Origin: Basidiobolus meristosporus CBS 931.73
Taxonomy: Eukaryota > Fungi > Basidiobolomycota
DNA length: 64,000 nt
Direction of reading: 5' to 3'
Assembly: GCA_002104905.1 (NCBI GenBank)
Contig: MCFE01000200.1
Location: forward strand, 62,001 to 126,000
Shown here: positions 36,732 to 50,626 of the stretch, in pieces
Position numbering within the stretch: the stretch's first letter is position 1
How the letters are laid out: each line of letters starts with the position of its first letter
Made by a program: the position numbers and the translations under genes
The notes under the pieces: model-generated
What the model was told of the DNA's origin: nothing
Seen by the model: only the letters and a program-made list of their open reading frames with translations
Database searches by the model: none

Positions 36732-38420
36732 TTAATTCAGTACTTCCTTGGCTGATTTGATCAGCGTGTCCAGTGCGATCGCGCTCTCCTCCTTGGTGAT
36801 GTTCAGCGCAGGAATCAATCGAATGGTGTCGTACACCGATGTCGTCAAAACCAACATGTCGTTCTGATAGCATTGGCCCGCCACCGCATCGCTGACCTTA
36901 GAGTTCAGCTTCTTCTGCAGGCCAGCCAGTCCGTTGCCATAAAACTCCACGCCAATCATGAGCCCTAAGCCGCGCACGTCAACCTTGATGTCATGCTGTT
37001 GCAATAATGGAACAAGCTCGTTGTTCAGCCGAGAGAAGATCTCTTTCGAGCGCTCCTGCACGTTTTTCAGGAGATTCTCCTCCTCCATCACCTCCAAGGT
37101 GGCGATTGCTGCAGCACAGGAGACGGCGTTTCCTGAGTAGGTGCCTCCCTACGCAAAAGGTCAGTCACATCGATATTTGGTCCGCTCTACCAACAACGCC
37201 TTACCATGGAGCCCGGCGGCTGCTTGTCCATCAACTCCTTGCGACTGACGATCCCGGAGATGGGGAATCCAGAGGCAATTCCCTTCGCCATCACCATGAT
37301 ATCCGGCACGACATCCGCGTGCTGGATGGCGAAGTACTTGCCGGTTCGCCCAAAGCCGCTCTGAACTTCATCAGCGATCAAGAGGATCCCGTGCTTGTCA
37401 CAGATCTCCCGAACCCTTTGGACATATTCTGGGGAATGCTAGAGATCAGCAGCCATCGCGTGCCCCACTTCCATGCAGGAGCTTACCTTTGGGTGGGACT
37501 ACATAGCCTCCCTCCCCGAGCACCGACTCCATAATCAATGCTGCAGTGTCTGATGGGGCAGTTTGTTGCTTCAGCAGCAATTCAAGCTGCTCTATGGCGT
37601 ATTCAATGCACAAGTCGTGACGAAGGGTGTCTTGAGGTACGGCCTTTTGGGTGGGTGAGTGAAGCGTGTAAGGGAATGGAGTGACGTAAACCCCGGGCTG
37701 TGCAGATGGTTAGTATCCGGCCAAGCGAGGGTTAGGATTTCTGGTAGAATACCATCAATGGGCCGAAGCCTGCGCTGTAGATCGTTTTCGAGGTTGTCAG
37801 CGACATGGTCCCAACAGTGCGTCCATGGTAAGAGCCTGTCAGATGAACTGTCAGTCGGATGGCGGGCATTGTTTCGGAGGGGATAAGGAGTCAACAAACC
37901 TTGCATTACGATGATATTGTGCTTCCCGGTCGCGTGTCTAGCGAGTTTGATAGCCGCTTCCACGGCTTCGGCACCTGAGTTCCAGAAGAAGAAGGTATCC
38001 AATTGTTTAGAAGGCATGATGGGCTTCAGTTTCTCAATGAGCTTAACCATGGGCTCGTGGAAGAAGAGGTTCACCTACTCTTTCAAGTCAATAAAAGTCT
38101 TTCTATGCTACCTGTTATGCTGGTCTTACCTGGCCGTGAACCAGTTTTCCCACCTGTTCTTGGGCAGCCTTGACAACCTTGGGATGGCAATGACCTTGAG
38201 AGAAGACTCAGTACTGCAACAATACCCAGTGAAGACGAATAGAGCATAATGTACCGGTGCTTGTTACTCCAATACCAGTGGTCAAATCCAGATACTTTTT
38301 CCCTTCGACGGTATAAACATACGAGCCGGAAGCCTTGGAAATGACGAGATTGGTGGATCTTCCCACCCCTCTGGCAATATGTTGGAGACCTAGGGTACGT
38401 AACGCGTTTGAACTAGCCAT
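36732..38420 (-). CDS. Class-III PLP aminotransferase, 4-aminobutyrate (GabT-like) type, multi-exon
   Basis: YLDLTTGIGV, NSGAEAVEAAIKLAR, IADEVQSGFGRTG, PDIMVMAKGIASGFP, VRGLGLMIGVEF. Substrate is inferred. Confidence 0.88.
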
Positions 38421-39238
38421 GGCTAAAGACGTATTCAGGATTAAGAGGTGACTTGACTACCTTATAAAGGGCAATACCATCATCGCCTGTAAACTATTTA
38501 CTAGGACTGCATCACGTCAAATTACGTCGAAGGTGGGACTTTGAATGGATGGACCAATGAGTTCTCTTTCTGTGGGTAGAGAATGAATCCCAGACTCCCA
38601 GGCAATCTTCACATTCCGATAATTAACGCTCGAAAATGATGCGATTCGTCGATCATTGTGACGGCGCAACTAATTTCCTGAACGGAAGCCACTGCCACCG
38701 TGTGAGTCATCGACACTTCTCGTCGAGCCAAAGAGGAAAAGGTGACAAGTGCATCTAGCCTAAAGAGTAAAGGGGATTGCGCGAGTGAAAAGGCATGTAT
38801 CGATGAGCCAACAAGACAGAGAGAGTAACGCCTGAATAATGAAGAGTATATTGATGCTTCCACCCCATTGATTAATGCGACTACTGAAAGGATACGGTAC
38901 CCATGCTGGTGCCCGACCATTTTCGAACTACACTAAACCCAATCTATGAATTGGTGTTAAATTTGTCAATTTTGTCATAATAGTTGTGCTTGATGAGCCA
39001 AGTTGGTTAAAGTGATTGGGAACTTGGCGTGTAACATTAGCGGGACTCTACTTCACATGCGAAGTCCAAGTGGTTTCATATTCTCGCTGTCCCGGAGTTG
39101 TTCGTTGGAATGTACGTCATGCTCCGAGAGGTGACATCTCAATATCAACGTAGCAAAAATTAAGTTTGTGCCTTGAATGGGTTGATTGATGGGGTGGTAG
39201 CATAAGAGAAAATCAAGATCATAAACAACCATCTGAAC

Positions 39239-39253
39239 TCGGCCGTTTACGGA
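39239..39253 (+). promoter_or_regulatory. Conserved PCK promoter motif TCGGCCGTTTACGGA (also 43600-43614; variant at 41421-41435)
   Basis: Identical 15-mer at -164 and -170 from the ATG of copies 1 and 3; both CGG triplets are kept in the copy-2 variant at -162. Confidence 0.55.
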
Positions 39254-39402
39254 TTGAGTGAGACTGAAACTTGCCCCCAAAATAGGTCAAGGGATGTCAA
39301 GTCCGACAGGCCTTTCGAAACTATTCCACAAACCTTTAAATAGCCAAAGCTTCGGATGTGACCAACAAGACATTTTCTTCTGTCATTCAATTCGCTGCTA
39401 AC

Positions 39403-40992
39403 ATGACTTTCTCCTTGAATTCCACTGCTGGCATCGATGTCAACAAGCCCATCCTTCGCAACCTCCCCGTTTCCAAGTTGTATGAGCACGCTTTGCAGTA
39501 CGAAAAGGGCACATATCTCAGCTCTGCTGGTGCCATCATCACTTCCTCTGGCAAGAAGACCGGAAGAAGCCCAAGCGATAAGCGCATTGTCGAGGAGAAG
39601 TCCACCAGCGGTGATATCTGGTGGGGCCCTGTAAACATTCCTTTGGAGGACCGTGTCTTCAGCATCAACCACGAAAGAGCTGTCGACTACCTCAACACCC
39701 GTGAGCGTCTCTATGTTCTCGATGGATTCGCTGGTTGGGATCCCAAGTACCGCATCAAGGTCAGAGTGATCTGCGCCCGTGCCTACCACGCTCTCTTCAT
39801 GCGCAACATGCTCATCCGTCCCACTGCGGAGGAGCTCGAGAACTTTGGTGAGCCTGACTTCACCATCTTCAACGCTGGCCAGTTCCCTGCCAACCGTTAC
39901 ACCTCTGGCATGTCCAGCACCACCTCCGTTGCCATCAGCTTCGAGCGCAAGGAGTTCGTCATTCTCGGCACCGAGTACGCTGGCGAGATGAAGAAGGGAG
40001 TGTTCACCATCATGCACTACCTCATGCCCAAGGCTGGAGTTCTCTCCCTTCACTCCAGCGCCAACGAAGGACCTGATGGCGATGTGTCCTTGTTCTTCGG
40101 ATTGTCTGGAACCGGCAAGACCACCTTGTCTGCTGATCCCAGCCGCTTCTTGATTGGTGATGATGAGCACTGCTGGACCGACAACGGGGTGTTCAACATC
40201 GAGGGTGGTTGCTATGCCAAGTGCATTGATCTCTCGGCTGAGAAGGAGCCCGAGATCTTCAATGCTATCCGCTTCGGCTCAGTGTTGGAGAACGTTGTGT
40301 TCGATGAGCACACCAGAGTTGTCGACTACACCGACTCATCTTTGACCGAGAACACCCGTTGTGCCTATCCCATTGAGTACATTCCCAACGCCAAGATCCC
40401 ATGCGTCGGTGGTCACCCCAAGAACATTGTCCTGTTGACCTGTGATGCATTCGGAGTGTTGCCCCCAGTGGCCAAGCTCACCTCTGCCCAAGCCATGTAC
40501 CACTTCATCTCTGGATACACTGCCAAGATTGCCGGTACCGAGGAGGGAGTCACCGAGCCCCAAGCCACCTTCTCCGCCTGCTTCGGCCAGCCGTTCCTTG
40601 TCTGGCATCCAGTCAAGTATGCCTCCATGCTTGCCGAGAAGATGAAGGAGCACAACACCAACGTGTGGTTGGTGAACACCGGATGGAACGGTGGTGCGTA
40701 TGGTGTTGGCTCACGCATCTCCCTCAAGTACTCACGTGCCATCATTGATGCCATCCACAATGGGGAGCTTGCCCAAGCCGAGTTCGAGAACTACCCCATC
40801 TTCAACATTGAGATTCCCAAGAGCGTCAGCAATGTTCCCAGTGAGGTGCTGAACCCCTCTGCTGCCTGGAAGGGCACCAAGGAGTCCTACGTTGCCACAG
40901 TCGAGAAGTTGGCTGGTCTGTTCAACGACAACTTCAAGTTGTACGCCGATCAAGCTACCCCAGAAATCCTCGCTGCTGGACCACAATTGTAA
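39403..40992 (+). CDS. PCK1: PEP carboxykinase (ATP), copy 1, 529 aa, intronless
   Basis: [18 protein letters not shown]-loop [28 protein letters not shown]. Start assigned by alignment with the other copies. Confidence 0.97.
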   Translation: MTFSLNSTAGIDVNKPILRNLPVSKLYEHALQYEKGTYLSSAGAIITSSGKKTGRSPSDKRIVEEKSTSGDIWWGPVNIPLEDRVFSINHERAVDYLNTRERLYVLDGFAGWDPKYRIKVRVICARAYHALFMRNMLIRPTAEELENFGEPDFTIFNAGQFPANRYTSGMSSTTSVAISFERKEFVILGTEYAGEMKKGVFTIMHYLMPKAGVLSLHSSANEGPDGDVSLFFGLSGTGKTTLSADPSRFLIGDDEHCWTDNGVFNIEGGCYAKCIDLSAEKEPEIFNAIRFGSVLENVVFDEHTRVVDYTDSSLTENTRCAYPIEYIPNAKIPCVGGHPKNIVLLTCDAFGVLPPVAKLTSAQAMYHFISGYTAKIAGTEEGVTEPQATFSACFGQPFLVWHPVKYASMLAEKMKEHNTNVWLVNTGWNGGAYGVGSRISLKYSRAIIDAIHNGELAQAEFENYPIFNIEIPKSVSNVPSEVLNPSAAWKGTKESYVATVEKLAGLFNDNFKLYADQATPEILAAGPQL

Positions 40993-41582
40993 AGAGTCTC
41001 TGGAAAATTCTTTTCAAATTACCGACTTATTTCAAAGTCCAATCACCCAAATTTTGTACACACTCCACACCTGTTCACTAATCCACGGTATTCACCCAAA
41101 TTGCATTAAAATTGAATCGCCATTAATCCAAAGCAATAAATTTCACCATTCTGAAGAATAAGGTAATAAGATAAAATTGCAATTGATCTAGCAAAACGCA
41201 GAAGCCGGTTAATGAGGAATCACCGCTACATATAGAGTAACCAAATTCCACACCGTAACATTCACGCCAAACCATGAGCGCGGCTGATGAACCGGATTTC
41301 TTGATTGATCAAATGAGTGATTGCCATCAGAATGGTGCGGAGAATATTGTGACAAATCTAGGTCTAAAAAAAATTGTGAGACTTGTATAAATAATCAAGA
41401 TCTGAAATAAACATCTATATTCGGTCAGTTGCGGGTGGTTCCTAAGTGAAACCGCTCCCCAAAGCTGGAATCCATCTGTCAGGTTTGAGGAAAGTATACT
41501 CATTTGTGTGAAACACACTAGCAGATAAATAGAACGGGCATAGCTTACACCACACTACACATTCGGTGTTTCTGCTCCAAAT

Positions 41583-43172
41583 ATGGTTTTCTCTTTAAAT
41601 CCCGCTTCTGGCATTGATGTCAACAAGCCCATCCTACGCAACCTCCCCGTTTCCAAGTTGTATGAGCACGCTTTGCAATACGAAAAGGGCACATATCTCA
41701 GCTCTGCTGGTGCCATCATCACTTCCTCTGGAAAGAAGACCGGAAGAAGCCCAAGCGATAAGCGCATTGTCGAGGAGAAGTCCACCAGCGGTGATATCTG
41801 GTGGGGCCCTGTGAACATTCCTTTGGAGGACCGTGTCTTCAGCATCAACCACGAAAGAGCGGTCGACTACCTCAACACCCGTGAGCGTCTCTATGTTCTC
41901 GATGGATTCGCAGGTTGGGATCCCAAGTACCGCATCAAGGTCAGAGTGATCTGCGCCCGTGCCTACCACGCTCTCTTCATGCGCAACATGCTCATCCGTC
42001 CCACTGCGGAGGAGCTCGAGAACTTTGGTGAGCCTGACTTCACCATCTTCAACGCTGGCCAGTTCCCTGCCAACCGTTACACCTCTGGCATGTCCAGCAC
42101 CACCTCCGTTGCCATCAGCTTCGAGCGCAAGGAGTTCGTCATTCTCGGCACCGAGTACGCTGGCGAGATGAAGAAGGGAGTGTTCACCATCATGCACTAC
42201 CTCATGCCCAAGGCTGGAGTTCTCTCCCTTCACTCCAGCGCCAACGAAGGGCCTGATGGCGATGTGTCCTTGTTCTTCGGATTGTCTGGAACCGGCAAGA
42301 CCACCCTGTCTGCTGATCCCAGCCGCTTCTTGATTGGTGATGATGAGCACTGCTGGACCGACAACGGGGTGTTCAACATCGAGGGTGGTTGCTATGCCAA
42401 GTGCATTGATCTCTCGGCTGAGAAGGAGCCCGAGATCTTCAATGCTATCCGCTTCGGCTCAGTGTTGGAGAACGTTGTGTTCGATGAGCACACCAGAGTT
42501 GTCGACTACACCGACTCATCTTTGACCGAGAACACCCGTTGTGCCTATCCCATTGAGTACATTCCCAACGCCAAGATCCCATGCGTCGGCGGTCACCCCA
42601 AGAACATTGTCCTGTTGACCTGTGACGCATTCGGAGTGTTGCCCCCAGTGGCCAAGCTCACCTCTGCCCAAGCCATGTACCACTTCATCTCTGGATACAC
42701 TGCCAAGATTGCCGGTACCGAGGAGGGAGTCACCGAGCCCCAAGCCACCTTCTCTGCCTGCTTCGGCCAGCCGTTCCTTGTCTGGCATCCAGTCAAGTAT
42801 GCCTCCATGCTTGCCGAGAAGATGAAGGAGCACAACACCAACGTGTGGTTGGTGAACACCGGATGGAACGGTGGTGCGTATGGTGTTGGCTCACGCATCT
42901 CCCTCAAGTACTCACGTGCCATCATTGATGCCATCCACAATGGAGAGCTTGCCCAAGCCGAGTTCGAGAACTACCCCATCTTCAACATTGAGATTCCCAA
43001 GAGTGTCAGCAGTGTTCCCAGTGAGGTGCTGAACCCCTCCGCCTCCTGGAAGGGTACCAAGGAGTCCTATGTTGCCACAGTCGAGAAGTTGGCTGGTCTG
43101 TTCAACGACAACTTCAAGTTGTACGCCGATCAAGCTACTCCTGAAATTATCGCCGCCGGACCACAGTTATAA
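41583..43172 (+). CDS. PCK1: PEP carboxykinase (ATP), copy 2
   Basis: Intact 529-aa ORF with the same motifs. Confidence 0.97.
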   Translation: MVFSLNPASGIDVNKPILRNLPVSKLYEHALQYEKGTYLSSAGAIITSSGKKTGRSPSDKRIVEEKSTSGDIWWGPVNIPLEDRVFSINHERAVDYLNTRERLYVLDGFAGWDPKYRIKVRVICARAYHALFMRNMLIRPTAEELENFGEPDFTIFNAGQFPANRYTSGMSSTTSVAISFERKEFVILGTEYAGEMKKGVFTIMHYLMPKAGVLSLHSSANEGPDGDVSLFFGLSGTGKTTLSADPSRFLIGDDEHCWTDNGVFNIEGGCYAKCIDLSAEKEPEIFNAIRFGSVLENVVFDEHTRVVDYTDSSLTENTRCAYPIEYIPNAKIPCVGGHPKNIVLLTCDAFGVLPPVAKLTSAQAMYHFISGYTAKIAGTEEGVTEPQATFSACFGQPFLVWHPVKYASMLAEKMKEHNTNVWLVNTGWNGGAYGVGSRISLKYSRAIIDAIHNGELAQAEFENYPIFNIEIPKSVSSVPSEVLNPSASWKGTKESYVATVEKLAGLFNDNFKLYADQATPEIIAAGPQL

Positions 43173-43769
43173 CTACTAATAGCATAAAAGTACACATCGA
43201 TATGTACCCACAATCTGCATTCATCATTAACATCACAGCTGCGCCTTGTACAAACTGTCATAATAATGCGATATTTCTAACGTCTTACGCAATAAAATCA
43301 TGCTGAAAATCAACCTATCTGCGATGTGCCTTTAACGGACCGTTTATAAGCTTAACAACTTCGTTGATATCCAGCTTCGAAAGATAATCGCGAAAAATGC
43401 CTTTCTTCATATTAGCTCCATTTGTCGAAATTCCTGTTTGCGTAAGTGTGTGCTCTACGGCTACACGTTGCAAACAATGATCACTTCGGTGAATGGCGGT
43501 GGATCTGACGTATTCCAATCGCCAGCCAATATTGTACTACAGGATATTTTGTGGGAATATCCCAGGCATGATCAAGATCGCTTATTTCTACATTTAGGGT
43601 CGGCCGTTTACGGAATGCCTGGAGTGAAACACCACCCCAAAGTTGGATGCACTCTGTCAAGTCCGACTGGAATGTAGGACATACGTGAGGAACGTCGAGG
43701 GATAAATAGCCAACGCTTCGGATGTTACCAGCAAGACATTCACTCCTGTCATTCATTCCCCCTCTCAAG

Positions 43770-45359
43770 ATGGCTTTCTCTTTGAATCCCGCTTCTGGCA
43801 TTGATGTCAACAAGCCTGTCCTCCGCAACCTTCCCGTTTCCAAGTTGTATGAGCACGCTTTGCAATACGAAAAGGGCACATATCTCAGCTCTGCTGGTGC
43901 CATCATCACTTCCTCTGGCAAGAAGACCGGAAGAAGCCCAAGCGATAAGCGCATTGTCGAGGAGAAGTCCACAAGCGGTGATATCTGGTGGGGCCCTGTG
44001 AACATTCCTTTGGAGGACCGCGTCTTCAGCATCAACCACGAAAGAGCTGTCGACTACCTCAATACCCGTGAGCGTCTCTATGTTCTCGATGGATTCGCTG
44101 GTTGGGATCCAAAGTACCGCATCAAGGTCAGAGTGATCTGCGCCCGTGCCTACCACGCTCTCTTCATGCGCAACATGCTCATCCGTCCCACTGCGGAGGA
44201 GCTCGAGAACTTTGGTGAGCCCGACTTCACCATCTACAACGCTGGCCAGTTCCCTGCCAACCGTTACACCTCTGGCATGTCCAGCACCACCTCCGTTGCC
44301 ATCAGCTTCGAGCGCAAGGAGTTCGTCATTCTCGGCACCGAGTACGCTGGTGAAATGAAGAAGGGAGTGTTCACCATCATGCACTACCTCATGCCCAAGG
44401 CTGGAGTTCTCTCCCTTCACTCCAGCGCCAACGAAGGGCCTGCTGGTGATGTGTCCTTGTTCTTCGGGTTGTCTGGAACCGGCAAGACCACCCTGTCTGC
44501 TGATCCCAGCCGCTTCTTGATTGGTGATGATGAGCACTGCTGGACCGACAACGGAGTGTTCAACATCGAGGGTGGTTGCTATGCCAAGTGCATTGATCTC
44601 TCGGCTGAGAAGGAGCCCGAGATCTTCAATGCCATCCGCTTCGGCTCAGTGTTGGAGAACGTGGTGTTCGATGAGCACACCAGAGTTGTCGACTACACCG
44701 ACTCATCTTTGACCGAGAACACCCGTTGTGCCTATCCCATTGAGTACATTCCCAACGCCAAGATCCCATGCGTCGGTGGTCACCCCAAGAACATTGTCCT
44801 GTTGACCTGTGATGCATTCGGAGTGTTGCCCCCAGTGGCCAAGCTCACCTCTGCCCAAGCCATGTACCACTTCATCTCTGGATACACTGCCAAGATTGCC
44901 GGTACCGAGGAGGGAGTCACCGAGCCCCAAGCCACCTTCTCCGCCTGCTTCGGCCAGCCGTTCCTTGTCTGGCATCCAGTCAAGTATGCCTCCATGCTTG
45001 CCGAGAAGATGAAGGAGCACAACACCAACGTGTGGTTGGTGAACACCGGATGGAACGGTGGTGCCTATGGTGTTGGCTCACGCATCTCCCTCAAGTACTC
45101 ACGTGCCATCATTGATGCCATCCACAATGGAGAGCTTGCCCAAGCCGAGTTCGAGAACTACCCCATCTTCAACATTGAGATTCCCAAGAGCGTCAGCAAT
45201 GTTCCCAGTGAGGTGTTGAACCCCTCTGCCTCCTGGAAGGGCACCAAGGAGTCCTATGTTGCCACAGTCGAGAAGCTGGCTGGTCTGTTCAACGACAACT
45301 TCAAGTTGTATGCCGATCAAGCGACTCCTGAAATCATCGCTGCTGGCCCACAATTGTAA
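43770..45359 (+). CDS. PCK1: PEP carboxykinase (ATP), copy 3
   Basis: Intact, 1590 bp from MAFSLNP. Confidence 0.97.
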   Translation: MAFSLNPASGIDVNKPVLRNLPVSKLYEHALQYEKGTYLSSAGAIITSSGKKTGRSPSDKRIVEEKSTSGDIWWGPVNIPLEDRVFSINHERAVDYLNTRERLYVLDGFAGWDPKYRIKVRVICARAYHALFMRNMLIRPTAEELENFGEPDFTIYNAGQFPANRYTSGMSSTTSVAISFERKEFVILGTEYAGEMKKGVFTIMHYLMPKAGVLSLHSSANEGPAGDVSLFFGLSGTGKTTLSADPSRFLIGDDEHCWTDNGVFNIEGGCYAKCIDLSAEKEPEIFNAIRFGSVLENVVFDEHTRVVDYTDSSLTENTRCAYPIEYIPNAKIPCVGGHPKNIVLLTCDAFGVLPPVAKLTSAQAMYHFISGYTAKIAGTEEGVTEPQATFSACFGQPFLVWHPVKYASMLAEKMKEHNTNVWLVNTGWNGGAYGVGSRISLKYSRAIIDAIHNGELAQAEFENYPIFNIEIPKSVSNVPSEVLNPSASWKGTKESYVATVEKLAGLFNDNFKLYADQATPEIIAAGPQL

Positions 45360-46470
45360 ATTTCCACCATCACTGTAGCATCTCTTAACCCTTGCATCCC
45401 TACCTCACGTGAGCAATTTTGAATAAAACCATCCAATGCATTAAACCTCAATTCACTTCTGTTCCTTATGTTTGGCTTCATTGAGAGCTTTGTTTGTCTA
45501 CTCGGTTTGGAAGTGTTGACGAAATCCCAGGTTGTTGCAATCCTGGTCTGACCAATGATTAAAATGATTTCCTCTGCGTTGCAGTTTACCGAATTAATAC
45601 TCGATCGGAGTTTCAGAAGTTTGCTGATTAGCGGATCCGTCAGTTGACCGACTTGGCGGATTGTGGTTTGCATGATTCGTACATTACGGCCGGCAAGGTG
45701 ATAGCGGCGGGGTGATAGTAAACGGAACCGGTGTGCCTGATCGGGAGCTTGAAAGAACCCGTCACGCAATGCATGTGAACGCATGAATGGGAGATGCTTG
45801 ATAGGTATGGGTAGCCAGCGGGATTCCCCGACTGTAGCTCATCTGGTACCTTTTCACGATCCCGGAGAACAACAACCACTTGTCACTTCGGTGGTGATCC
45901 ATCCATTTGACAGCATTACTCGTACGACATCATGGAGCCACTTCCCAATGCGTAAGTCGCTTTGATTTGCGAGGTGGGATGGTAGTCATGAATATCACTG
46001 CATCCGCACTGAATGATCCAATTACTGTGCTGTTGGGTGCAGGCCGGAAATGGAACCACCAGTGATAGTGAGCCCGATCCTCACGCTGTACAGTACATCG
46101 CCATGGCTAATGGAATTTATTAGCCTAGGAGCTGAGACACGGAGCATTACGGAGATGAGGGCCCATTCCAAATACGGGATTCCCGATGGTTAGTTCAATT
46201 CGCAGTTACACCATTGGCCCACCTAGTGAATGTGTTTCACAGAATATGGAGAATGGGAGCCTGCTCCCTCCTGAATCTAATGAAACGACCGTAAACCCGT
46301 AATGACGCAGAACGATGTTAACCGTGGTGTAATACAGCCTACAATCTGAACGAATTGGTCACTAATCTGAGACAACCACCCAAACGATGGAGGACCTCTG
46401 GTGCGATGATATAAGGGTTGAATTGCGTTACCGCTTTCCACATCCGCTGCCAATTCTCTTTCCTCCAAAA

Positions 46471-48060
46471 ATGGCGTTCACTTTAAACCCTGCCTCTGGT
46501 ATCGATATTTCTAAGCCAGTCTTGCGAAACCTTCCAGTCTCCAAGCTGTACGAGCATGCTTTACAATACGAGAAGGGAACCTCTCTCAGTTCAGCTGGCG
46601 CCATCATCACTTCCTCTGGCAAGAAGACCGGAAGAAGCCCAAGCGACAAGCGCATTGTCGAGGAGAAGTCCACAAGCGGTGATATCTGGTGGGGCCCTGT
46701 GAACATTCCTATGGAGGACCGCGTCTTCAGCATCAACCACGAAAGAGCTGTTGACTACCTCAACACCCGTGAGCGTCTCTATGTTCTCGATGGATTCGCT
46801 GGTTGGGATCCCAAGTACCGCATCAAGGTCAGAGTGATCTGCGCCCGTGCCTACCACGCTCTCTTCATGCGCAACATGCTCATCCGTCCCACTGCGGAGG
46901 AGCTCGAGAACTTTGGTGAGCCCGACTTCACCATCTACAACGCTGGCCAGTTCCCTGCCAACCGTTACACCTCTGGCATGTCCAGTGCCACCTCCGTTGC
47001 CATCAGCTTCGAGCGCAAGGAGTTCGTCATTCTCGGCACCGAGTACGCTGGCGAGATGAAGAAGGGAGTGTTCACCATCATGCACTACCTCATGCCCAAG
47101 GCCGGAGTTCTCTCTCTTCACTCCAGCGCCAACGAAGGGCCTGATGGCGATGTGTCCTTGTTCTTCGGGTTGTCTGGAACCGGCAAGACCACCCTGTCTG
47201 CTGATCCCAGCCGCTTCTTGATTGGTGATGATGAGCACTGCTGGACCGACAACGGGGTGTTCAACATCGAGGGTGGTTGCTATGCCAAGTGCATTGATCT
47301 CTCGGCTGAGAAGGAGCCCGAGATCTTCAATGCCATCCGCTTCGGCTCAGTGTTGGAGAACGTTGTGTTCGATGAGCACACCAGAGTTGTCGACTACACC
47401 GACTCATCTTTGACCGAGAACACCCGTTGTGCCTATCCCATTGAGTACATTCCCAACGCCAAGATCCCATGCGTCGGTGGTCACCCCAAGAACATTGTCC
47501 TGTTGACCTGTGACGCATTCGGAGTGTTGCCCCCAGTGGCCAAGCTCACCTCTGCTCAAGCCATGTACCACTTCATCTCTGGATACACTGCCAAGATTGC
47601 CGGTACCGAGGAGGGAGTCACCGAGCCCCAAGCCACCTTCTCCGCCTGCTTCGGCCAGCCGTTCCTTGTCTGGCATCCAGTCAAGTATGCCTCCATGCTT
47701 GCCGAGAAGATGAAGGAGCACAACACCAACGTGTGGTTGGTGAACACCGGATGGAACGGTGGTGCGTATGGTGTTGGCTCACGCATCTCCCTCAAGTACT
47801 CACGTGCCATCATTGATGCCATCCACAGTGGAGAGCTTGCCCAAGCCGAGTTCGAGAACTACCCCATCTTCAACATCGAGATTCCCAAGAGTGTCAGCAA
47901 TGTTCCCAGTGAGGTGCTGAACCCCTCCGCTGCCTGGAAGGGCACTAAGGAGTCCTACGACGCTACCGTCGAGAAGTTGGCTGGTCTGTTCAACGAGAAC
48001 TTCGAATTGTACGCCGATCAAGCTACTGCAGAAATCGCAGCTGCTGGACCCAAAATCTAA
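46471..48060 (+). CDS. PCK1: PEP carboxykinase (ATP), copy 4
   Basis: Intact, 1590 bp from MAFTLNP; ends GPKI. Confidence 0.97.
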   Translation: MAFTLNPASGIDISKPVLRNLPVSKLYEHALQYEKGTSLSSAGAIITSSGKKTGRSPSDKRIVEEKSTSGDIWWGPVNIPMEDRVFSINHERAVDYLNTRERLYVLDGFAGWDPKYRIKVRVICARAYHALFMRNMLIRPTAEELENFGEPDFTIYNAGQFPANRYTSGMSSATSVAISFERKEFVILGTEYAGEMKKGVFTIMHYLMPKAGVLSLHSSANEGPDGDVSLFFGLSGTGKTTLSADPSRFLIGDDEHCWTDNGVFNIEGGCYAKCIDLSAEKEPEIFNAIRFGSVLENVVFDEHTRVVDYTDSSLTENTRCAYPIEYIPNAKIPCVGGHPKNIVLLTCDAFGVLPPVAKLTSAQAMYHFISGYTAKIAGTEEGVTEPQATFSACFGQPFLVWHPVKYASMLAEKMKEHNTNVWLVNTGWNGGAYGVGSRISLKYSRAIIDAIHSGELAQAEFENYPIFNIEIPKSVSNVPSEVLNPSAAWKGTKESYDATVEKLAGLFNENFELYADQATAEIAAAGPKI

Positions 48061-48759
48061 ATTCAAAACCGAATTACTATTTATGAGCATTCTTTTAAAT
48101 CTCCTACTCCACCCATTTGTATAGTACAATAACAATTCAAGTGTAATAAATCGAATCAATCCACAAACCAATCCAACCGCGACCAATTTAAATCGGCGAG
48201 TACGTATGCATATTTCGGGATTCACCAGCTAATTTTAGCCAACCTCTGCCCTTCGCGCGATTGGCCGAGTATATAGCAGAGATTCAAAGCTCATCTATGT
48301 AGAGGTTGGAGCATTTCCTAGATAATCAATGAGCAAACATTTGGATCCAATGATTCCCTTCAGACGACTTCAAATGGCCTGACAACTCTCCACAATGAAT
48401 TTCCGTACTTGTAGGTGGTGCAAATTCCCATTTTCGATAGCCACCGACAACTCAATTATGATGTACGAGGTCCAAATCCATCGAATGTGTCAGATTTGAT
48501 CCTCAGAGTGAAACACGGGAGATATCGTATTGAATACGGGTGATTCAAAAAAAGATTGGATTGCTCAATAATATGTGGGGATTTGTCCAGTTCGGCATAG
48601 TGCAAACCCAACGGATTCATCAATTTTCCAACTAAGGCAAGTGTTACAAGTCCAGTTTAGACCCAAGCATCAACGTAACGGACATCCACTTCACTTGCAC
48701 TCCACTATAAAATAGAACAGGAAATGAACATATCCTTCAGCCCTCTATACTCTTTAGCC

Positions 48760-50349
48760 ATGGTTTTCACCCTCAATAGTACCTCCGGAATTGATATCAA
48801 CAAGCCGGTACTCAGGAATCTTCCTGTTTCCAAGTTGTATGAACACGCTTTACAATATGAGAAAGGAACCTCTCTCAGTTCAGCTGGCGCCATCATCACT
48901 TCCTCTGGCAAGAAGACCGGAAGAAGCCCCAAAGACAAGCGTATTGTCGAGGAGAAGTCCACCAGTGGTGATATCTGGTGGGGCCCTGTAAACATTCCTT
49001 TGGAGGACCGCGTCTTCAGCATCAACCACGAAAGAGCTGTTGACTACCTCAACACCCGCGAGCGTCTCTATGTTCTCGATGGATTCGCAGGTTGGGATCC
49101 CAAGTACCGCATCAAGGTCAGAGTGATCTGCGCCCGTGCCTACCACGCTCTCTTCATGCGCAACATGCTCATCCGTCCCACTGCGGAGGAGCTCGAGAAC
49201 TTTGGTGAGCCCGACTTCACCATCTTCAACGCTGGCCAGTTCCCTGCCAACCGTTACACCTCTGGCATGTCCAGCACCACCTCCGTTGCCATCAGCTTCG
49301 AGCGCAAGGAGTTCGTCATTCTCGGCACCGAGTACGCTGGTGAGATGAAGAAGGGAGTGTTCACCATCATGCACTACCTCATGCCCAAGGCTGGAGTTCT
49401 CTCCCTTCACTCCAGCGCCAACGAAGGGCCTGATGGCGATGTGTCCTTGTTCTTCGGATTGTCTGGAACCGGCAAGACCACCTTGTCTGCTGATCCCAGC
49501 CGCTTCTTGATTGGTGATGATGAGCACTGCTGGACCGACAACGGGGTGTTCAACATCGAGGGTGGTTGCTATGCCAAGTGCATTGATCTCTCGGCTGAGA
49601 AGGAGCCCGAGATCTTCAATGCCATCCGCTTCGGCTCAGTGTTGGAGAACGTGGTGTTCGATGAGCACACCAGAGTTGTCGACTACACCGACTCATCTTT
49701 GACCGAGAACACCCGTTGTGCCTATCCCATTGAGTACATTCCCAACGCCAAGATCCCATGCGTCGGTGGTCACCCCAAGAACATTGTCCTGCTGACCTGT
49801 GATGCATTCGGAGTGTTGCCCCCAGTGGCCAAGCTCACCTCTGCCCAAGCCATGTACCACTTCATCTCTGGATACACTGCCAAGATTGCCGGTACCGAGG
49901 AGGGAGTCACCGAGCCCCAAGCCACCTTCTCCGCCTGCTTCGGCCAGCCCTTCCTTGTCTGGCATCCAGTCAAGTATGCCTCCATGCTTGCCGAGAAGAT
50001 GAAGGAGCACAACACCAACGTGTGGTTGGTGAACACCGGATGGAACGGTGGTGCCTATGGTGTTGGCTCACGCATCTCCCTCAAGTACTCACGTGCCATC
50101 ATTGATGCCATCCACAATGGAGAGCTTGCCCAAGCCGAGTTCGAGAACTACCCCATCTTCAACATTGAGATTCCCAAGAGCGTCAGCAATGTTCCTAGTG
50201 AGGTCCTGAACCCCTCTGCTGCCTGGAAGGGCACTAAGGAGTCCTACGATGCTACTGTTGAGAAGTTGGCTAGCCTGTTCAATGAGAACTTCGAGTTGTA
50301 TGCTGATCAAGCTACCGCCGAGATCGCCGCTGCTGGACCTAAAATTTGA
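48760..50349 (+). CDS. PCK1: PEP carboxykinase (ATP), copy 5
   Basis: Intact, 1590 bp from MVFTLNS; ends GPKI. Confidence 0.97.
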   Translation: MVFTLNSTSGIDINKPVLRNLPVSKLYEHALQYEKGTSLSSAGAIITSSGKKTGRSPKDKRIVEEKSTSGDIWWGPVNIPLEDRVFSINHERAVDYLNTRERLYVLDGFAGWDPKYRIKVRVICARAYHALFMRNMLIRPTAEELENFGEPDFTIFNAGQFPANRYTSGMSSTTSVAISFERKEFVILGTEYAGEMKKGVFTIMHYLMPKAGVLSLHSSANEGPDGDVSLFFGLSGTGKTTLSADPSRFLIGDDEHCWTDNGVFNIEGGCYAKCIDLSAEKEPEIFNAIRFGSVLENVVFDEHTRVVDYTDSSLTENTRCAYPIEYIPNAKIPCVGGHPKNIVLLTCDAFGVLPPVAKLTSAQAMYHFISGYTAKIAGTEEGVTEPQATFSACFGQPFLVWHPVKYASMLAEKMKEHNTNVWLVNTGWNGGAYGVGSRISLKYSRAIIDAIHNGELAQAEFENYPIFNIEIPKSVSNVPSEVLNPSAAWKGTKESYDATVEKLASLFNENFELYADQATAEIAAAGPKI

Positions 50350-50626
50350 ATCATTAGCAACATCTAATTTGTAAATTACTGCATCATATACATCAACAAT
50401 AAACCCGATTTACTCGAATCTACTCGAATCCTGAGAAATCTATCATTGCCGATTCAAACGAATCTTCGAATTGCTTAAGTAAATCTGATTCAATGTTGTC
50501 TCCTGTGATATGGTAAATGCGATTTAACTTGGTTCCGGGTGTAGTGCGTGGATAAGACCAAGGATAACATGGGACCATGAATGTTCGTTGAAGGTTGCAA
50601 ATAAGAAAATCGCTTTATTAAGGAAT

